Both the position numbers and the translations under genes were made by a program. A stretch of 28,652 bases of DNA, taken from positions 1 through 28,652 of the forward strand of contig NW_021833496.1 of the NCBI RefSeq assembly GCF_006345805.1, read 5' to 3'. The notes beneath the pieces are model-generated. The model was given only the letters and a program-made list of their open reading frames with translations, was not told the origin of the DNA and searched no databases. Positions within the stretch are counted from its first letter, which is position 1. Every line of letters starts with the position of its first letter. The stretch comes from Octopus sinensis. Lineage: Eukaryota. Below, piece by piece: positions 22,950-28,652 of this stretch.

Positions 22950-23071
22950 CCTTTCTACTATAGGCACAATGCTTGCAATTATGGCGGAATGACATCGATT
23001 ACACATCTGGCACTTAATTCAGCGATCCTGAAAGGCTGTGAGGCAAAGTCAGCCTCGGCGTATTTGAAATC
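22950..23071 (-). mobile_element. SINE family B fragment, old
   Basis: tcgattaca...ctggcacttaatt...gaaagg...ggcaaagtcagcctcggcgtatttgaa. Confidence 0.65.
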
Positions 23072-23172
23072 AATAATAATAATATTAACTATTGCTAATG
23101 AGAGATAAGGTCTTCTATACTGACATTGACTTACTATAGGGAAATTATTTTACTTTTTAGAATAAAGACTTA

Positions 23173-23657
23173 CCGTAAATCCTCGAGTATAATCCGCATT
23201 TTTTCCCCAAAATTTAAAGGTCAAATCCTAGTGCGTATTATATACGAGGTTAGAAATGAAAATTATTTCCTAAGCAATGTCCGAGTCTCTATTTGCTGTC
23301 CGGCAATGTTTATTCAGACACATTTTGTGATGTTGGGCGTGAAAATACCTTAAGCTAAGCCTGAAAGCAATGAAGTCATAAAAGAATCATCCATAATTTG
23401 CAGTAAGCAAAATTTATTAAACGTTATTACTGTTATTTCTTTATTTTCTGCAAACGAATTGCACAAAAAAGCTACACGTTTGCATTATTATATATACAAT
23501 AATAAAGGACGTTACCGTATACATTTTTACGAACCAATGACGTTATATAGACCTCCTTGACTCAAGTTAGAGTAGGGGTGCGTATTATACACAAGGTTTA
23601 GATTAAATTTCCCCTGCGTATTATACTCAAGGGCGGACTATACGCGAGGATTTACGA
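23173..23657. mobile_element. Tc1/pogo-type MITE with TA target-site duplication (TSD)
   Basis: TA|ccgtaaatcctcgagtataatccgc ... gcggactatacgcgaggatttacga|TA (~25-bp TIR). The subterminal motif tgcgtattata occurs three times. Confidence 0.88.
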
Positions 23658-23949
23658 TATTCGAGTTTTCTCAAGAGCGAAATTTTAATCCCTATCTTGA
23701 AATTAGTTTATGGCATTGAATGTTCAGATATTAATACTTATGTTGTTCGATTTTGGTTGTTTGAGTATTTTTTAATATATATTTCAATTAAAACTGAGTC
23801 ATTTTTCTTCTTCTTTTTTTTAGGGGGGGGGGGGGGGGTTAGTTCATCCTACAGTATGTTAAATGTTTATTTCTTCTTGATCAATTTTAAATCTTTGTTG
23901 CTTTAGACTTCACCCGTCAACTGAATTTAACCAATCCATAGTGATTCCA

Positions 23950-24510
23950 TTCTCTGCATCTTTCTCATATCCATCACTAATTCCTCTCCACTATCTTCTT
24001 CAGGCCTGACAACCATCTGCCACAATTTCTGAGTTAGTATAACGATGAACATTAGCTACAACATCATCTACCAGCATCCATTCCACAACATTATCTTCCC
24101 CAATCCTTGATGCAATATTATCAATAACGTCATCTTTCTTCATGCATTCTACATTATCTTCATCCACTCTTACTGCAACGTTGGCCACAGAATAAACTGG
24201 ATCATAAGCGAAAATCGTTCATGTATAATCAACTTCCCCTTTGAAGTTCCAAATTCTCTAGTGAAATCATTTGTCGCGTTTTCTGCAGATATAGACTCAA
24301 ACATTAACACTAGAAATTTATTCCACTCATTTTTTCTCTGTGAATGCCTGAACAGATTTTAAGCATTGGTAACACATTAAACCATGTCTCTTACATTAAA
24401 TTATTTCAGAAATTCCTATACTAGTCTGCCCAAGATTATTTCACTTTGCAAGCAGCTCATGAAGAAGGAACGATATTTAGATTTAAGAAAATGGACTATT
24501 CCATCGTTCG
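23950..24510 (-). pseudogene. Tigger/pogo transposase C-terminal relic
   Basis: Ordered minus-strand motifs PNDGIVHFLKSKYRSFF (QPMDQGII..LK..YR), EFLK*FNVRD, TWFNV...NA*NL, NFKG and EDNVVEWMLVDD...YTNSEIV. Confidence 0.65.
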
Positions 24511-24519
24511 GGAGTTGAA

Positions 24520-24719
24520 TTAACTGTTTAACATTTAAACTGACCATTTCAGGCCCGTATATTCTACCTGTTTTGTGGTCAAATTGGCCATATCTGGTCT
24601 CTCACACCTACCCAAATATAAACAATCACATCACTGAAATCTCAAATCTGTGAGATGTTATATGATTAATTTAAATAAGTATCACATTAGACAGAATAAT
24701 CTGAACGCTAAAGGGTTAA
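24520..24719. mobile_element. piggyBac-like MITE (TTAA-flanked)
   Basis: Right end gaacgctaaaggg|TTAA; degenerate left end TTAA|ctgtttaacattta. Confidence 0.5.
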
Positions 24720-24817
24720 AGAGGTTCGATTAGGTAGATACCAAATTAGGTAGATGCTAAAAGTAAATAAATAAATGCATATATTTATTCCTGTTTCAAT
24801 ATCCAGTTTCTCAAACA

Positions 24818-25192
24818 GCGGCTGTGGTAAGAAGCTTGCTTCCCAACCACATGGTTCTGGGCTCAGTCTCACCACATGGCACCTTGGACAAGTGTTTTCT
24901 ACTATATCTACTATATCTTCGGGCCGACCAAAGCCTTGTGTGTGGATTTGGTAGACGGAAACTGAAAGAAGCCCGTCGTATATATATATATATATATAAG
25001 AACAATTTATTTTTTTGTAAGAAACAATTTCCTTATTCAACTGTTTCTTATAAAAAAATTATTTTTTCCTATGTATGGTGACTTTTGAATCACCTGTATA
25101 TATATATATATATATATATTTTATATATTATTATATATATATAGTATATATATATATGCGAGTGTGTTTGTGTGTGTGTGTGTGCGTGTGTG

Positions 25193-25248
<56 letters not shown>

Positions 25249-25436
25249 TGCTCCCCGCCAACGCTTGACAACCAATGCTGGTGTGTTTATGTCCCTGTAA
25301 CTTAGAGGTTCAGCAAAAGAGACTGATAGAATAAGTACTCGGTTTACAAAGAATAAGTCTTGGGTTCGAATTCTAAAACCCTTCAAGGTGGTGTTCCAGC
25401 ATGGCCGTAGTCAAATGACTGAAACAAGAAAATGAA
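24818..25436 (+). mobile_element. SINE family A with an insert in its internal microsatellite
   Basis: Head, core and tail as in the other copies. It has a 10-bp duplication (tctactatat) and non-microsatellite sequence at 24998-25096. Confidence 0.9.
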
Positions 25437-25446
25437 TATTATATAA

Positions 25447-26600
25447 GTGGAGGTGATGAAGAAAGAACTCTGTACCGTTTACACTGAGGCCAGAGAGGAG
25501 GCACTAATGGAGAAGATCAGAAGTGTGGAGGGAGAGCGATTGATGGGTCTAGGTGTAAAGAGAACTGGATGATCTTCAACGAGATCACAGGGAAAAAGAG
25601 GGGGAGTTAAGTTAAGTTGTTAAGTTAAGTTAAGTTTTTGGCTCAAAAAGCAAAAAGCAAGGCCATGTAGGGGGACAGGGAGTTATGTACAGGGAGGGTG
25701 TTCATGCAAAGAGTTCAGGCCATTTCTGGTCAAGAGAGACTTTGAACCGAGTGGTCGTCGGCATCTTCACTATCTCGTCCGGCAGCTTATTCCACGTATC
25801 CGCAACTCGGACGGAGAAAGCCCCTCTCCTTCAATTGAGATGAAATCGTCGCAGATAGAGCTTTTCAGAGTGACCCCACAGCCGACGCTCTGGAGCAGGA
25901 GTGAAGAACAGCTCTTTCGAGAGGTTACACTCCGCTTATGATGTTGTGAGCAAGAATGAGATCACCACAGCGTCGTCGTTTTTCTAGAGAATAAAGGTCG
26001 AGCATCTTCAGCCTTTCTGCATAAGACAAATGCTTGAGACGAAGAATCAGATCCAGGGAACAGGGCCCGAGGATAGGAAGAGTAAATGGCTGGGCCATTT
26101 TAAGACCCTACTAAGAGAGCCGCCTTCCACAACCCAGAACACTGGGCAGATCAGGCAGCTGTTTGAGAAACTTGATATTGAGACAGGAACCTTCGCTAAA
26201 GAAGAGCTTCAGAGAACCAAGAAGATCAAAGAGGGCAAAGCCTACGCAAAGATAGAGTAGCACCAGAGGTAATGATGAGGGGTGATTTTGATGATATCGA
26301 CCTGGAGTTCTGTCACCAGGTGCTGGTAAAACGAGTTGCCCCGAATCGGTGGAGGATCAGTAACATCGTCCCTGTACCAAAGAAGGGATATCTCTCTAAC
26401 ACCAACAACTACAGGGATCTCACTGATGTCACTCGTTGCAAAAACCCTCAACAGGATGACTCTTAACAGGATCCAGCTTGAGATGGAGAAACTCAGGGAC
26501 AACCAGAATGGCTTAAGGGAGGGAAGATCAATGACCAGTCACACCCTAATGCTGAGATGTTGTCATGTTTCTCCTTGACTTTAGGAAGGCCTTTGATTCA
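25447..26600 (+). mobile_element. RTE LINE ORF2 fragment (25447-25606 and 26041-26600) interrupted by CR1
   Basis: WMIFNEITGKKRG | KNQIQG...RKSKWLGHFKTLL, WRISNIVPVPKKG.LS...NYR, ISLMSLVAKTLNR, LRDNQNG.R.GRS and DFRKAFDS. Confidence 0.88.
25607..26040 (-). mobile_element. CR1-clade LINE 3' end with (CTTAA)n tail
   Basis: LKHLSYAERLKMLDLYSLEKRRRCGDLI...GHSEKL...AFSVRVADTWNKLP...FKVSLD, followed by a short 3'UTR and a tandem 5-mer tail. Confidence 0.9.
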
Positions 26601-26601
26601 T

Positions 26602-26790
26602 ATTTCTTTATTGCTCACAAGGGGCTAAACATAGAGGGGACAAACAAGGACAGACAAAGGGGTTAAGTCGATTACATCGACTCCAGTGCGTAACTGGTAC
26701 TTAATTTATCGACTCCGAAAGGTCGACTAAAGGCGGTGCTCCAGCATGGCCGCAGTCAAATGACTGAAACAAGTAAAAGAGTAAAGAGTA
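26602..26790. mobile_element. Divergent fusion of a SINE B 3' part (minus, 26602-26722) and a SINE A tail (plus, 26722-26790)
   Basis: The left part matches 15625-15743; after gaaag|gtcgac the sequence becomes taaaggcggtgctccagc...agtaaagag. Confidence 0.85.
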
Positions 26791-26991
26791 TACATTATTT
26801 TCAGTGGCTTTATAGACCTTCTAGGGCTTACTTAATTTTTAATTGAAAACTATTTAGGGAGACGCACGAAAGAAAGGCAGCATCTGCTTCTTTACTTGCT
26901 GAGCCTTTTTCACTTTAGACTGCACAATACTTGAAGCTGCTTGAAACGATGGCCCCTAACTTTCGCTATGATCTCTCCTCATAATCTAGTT

Positions 26992-27556
26992 CCGTGATCC
27001 TTAACCATTTTTTAACCTATAATCCCCTTTTGGTTCCTGTTTTACTCGGATGGACCCTCATAACAATTAGATGTTTAAAAAAATCTTATATTTTTACTAC
27101 TAAATACTATGTGGAGGCGCAATGACCCGGTGGTTAGGGCAGCGGACTCGCGGTTGGAGGGTCGCGGTTTCGATTCCCAGACCGGGCGTTGTGTGTGTTT
27201 ATTGAGCGAAAACACCTAAAAGTTCCACGAGGCTCCGGCAGGGGGTGGTGGTGACCCCTGTTGTACCCTTTCGCCACAACTTTATCTCACTCTTTCTTCC
27301 TGTTTCTTGAGTAACGCTACGATAGACTGACGTCCCGTCCAGTTGGGGGGAGAAAAACACCACAGAAACCGGGAAACCGGGCCCATGAACCTGGCTAGGC
27401 TTGAAAAGGGCGACGTATTAAATACTATAAAGAATCGTATAAAGATATTGTTAGAATATTTTGTGTACTGTAGAAGCATAAACCATTTTATTGCACATAC
27501 ATAAAATCATATCTGGACCCTCGAGGGGCCATATGGACGCCGGTTGAGAACCGCTG
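26992..27556. mobile_element. hAT (Charlie-like) MITE interrupted by a SINE
   Basis: Right TIR ggttgagaaccgctg (reverse complement CAGCGGTTCTCAACC) and degenerate left TIR ccgtgatccttaacc. Flanks atctagtt / atctatagtt look like an 8-bp TSD with a 2-bp insertion. Confidence 0.65.
27111..27418 (+). mobile_element. tRNA-derived SINE family C, full length, with 10-bp TSD
   Basis: Head gtggaggcgcaatgacccggtggttagggc..., B box ggtttcgattccc and V-domain-like cgatagactgacgtcccgtccag. TSD taaatactat lies at 27101-27110 and 27419-27428. Confidence 0.9.
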
Positions 27557-28244
27557 ATCTATAGTTCGCCGTGAAGAATTCTAGCTTATTTCTTCACCTG
27601 ATCCGCGAACAGCTCAACACCCTTACCTACTCAGGCGCTAAACCAAGTTATCAGTACTTCAACCTGTTCGGATTTTGCTATCTTTCATTGTTTCCCTTCT
27701 GAACATCTTTCTCTTTGATTAACTGTCAGTAAAGATCCGAAATAAATATACTTTCTGTTTATTAATGTCATAAACTGTCAAAGAGCCAATGAATAATACA
27801 TAATGAATAATGTATAATGTACACACGCCTCTGACAGACCCATTGCTATCGGGCGTTTCAGAAATTCAGCTTTTCTCTTATGTACAATGTATGGCGTTTG
27901 AGGTTTCACTCCAAGAGATCCACGTCCTTTCTGCATTGTAACCACAGCTGAAGATAAATGTCAGCTTCTTATAGTAATAAATGATGAAGAATCAGGAACA
28001 ATGGTTTGCTCGGGTGTACGGGTTCACGCCAAAAACTGATTCCACAAGAGACGGAAATAAAGCCGCGGCAGTGGGGTGGGGGTCACTGCGATGAATCTGT
28101 TATTATGTACGAATTAGCCGTAAAGACGGATTATCGGGGGGTCGGATTAGAGAAGATATACAGTATACAAAGACCGAGAGTTTCGTGTGTTAGTACTTAT
28201 CGACAACCTCTCGCTCTTTATCTCTGTCTCTATCTGTCTATTTG

Positions 28245-28500
28245 TTTCCTTCTTTCTTTCCTTCTTTCTTTCCTTATTTCTTTCCTTCTTTCTTTTCTTC
28301 TTTCCTTCTTTCTTTTCTTCTTTCCTTCTTTCTTTCTTTCTTTCTTTCCTTCTTTCCTTCATCCCTTCCTTCTTTCCTTCCTTCCTTCTTTCCTTCTTTC
28401 ATTCCTTCTTTCTTTCCTTCTTTCTTTCCTTCTTTCTTTCCTTCTTTCCTTCCTTCTTTCCTTCCTTCTTTTTCTCTCTCTCTCTCTCTCTCTCCTTCTC
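28245..28500. repeat. Polypyrimidine (TTTC/TTCC)n and (TC)n tract
   Basis: Directly visible. Confidence 0.95.
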
Positions 28501-28652
28501 TTGACATATATGTGTGTGTGTCTGTATGTACATACATACATATGAATATATAAATACACACATACATATAAACGGGGTGGGGTGCGTGTGTACACGTTTG
28601 TGCATATTTATAGCTTACACACCTATGAAGAGACTGGGAACGAGAGAACATA

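Noticed and set aside
27111-27190. tRNA genes at SINE heads
   Set aside because: A and B boxes are present, but there is no proper cloverleaf or acceptor stem and they continue into SINE bodies.

Overview
Repeat-saturated, AT-rich eukaryotic non-coding DNA. The mix of tRNA-derived SINE families, microsatellites and RTE/CR1/Tx1/Penelope/mariner relics is the one I associate with Octopus (cephalopod) genomes; this assignment is inference. No intact protein-coding gene is supported, and nearly every ORF in the track is a microsatellite or SINE artefact. The window contains: about 20 SINE copies or fragments of 3-4 families that swap modules; degenerate LINEs (three RTE, one CR1 3' end, an old APE endonuclease, an internally deleted L1/Tx1, a probable Dong/R4 3' end inside (AAT)n); a decayed mariner with three terminal inverted repeats (TIRs); a Tigger transposase relic; hAT, pogo and piggyBac-like MITEs; and a 630-bp foldback carrying telomere-like repeats. 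The most notable signal is in the first 4 kb. It is a cluster of type I hammerhead ribozyme motifs from three unrelated Penelope-like repeat families: minus strand 991-1073 with an unusually long branched stem II, minus 1748-1791 with a variant core, and 3498-3543(-), 3602-3642(+) and 3783-3828(+). Coordinates were read by eye and may be off by a few bases.
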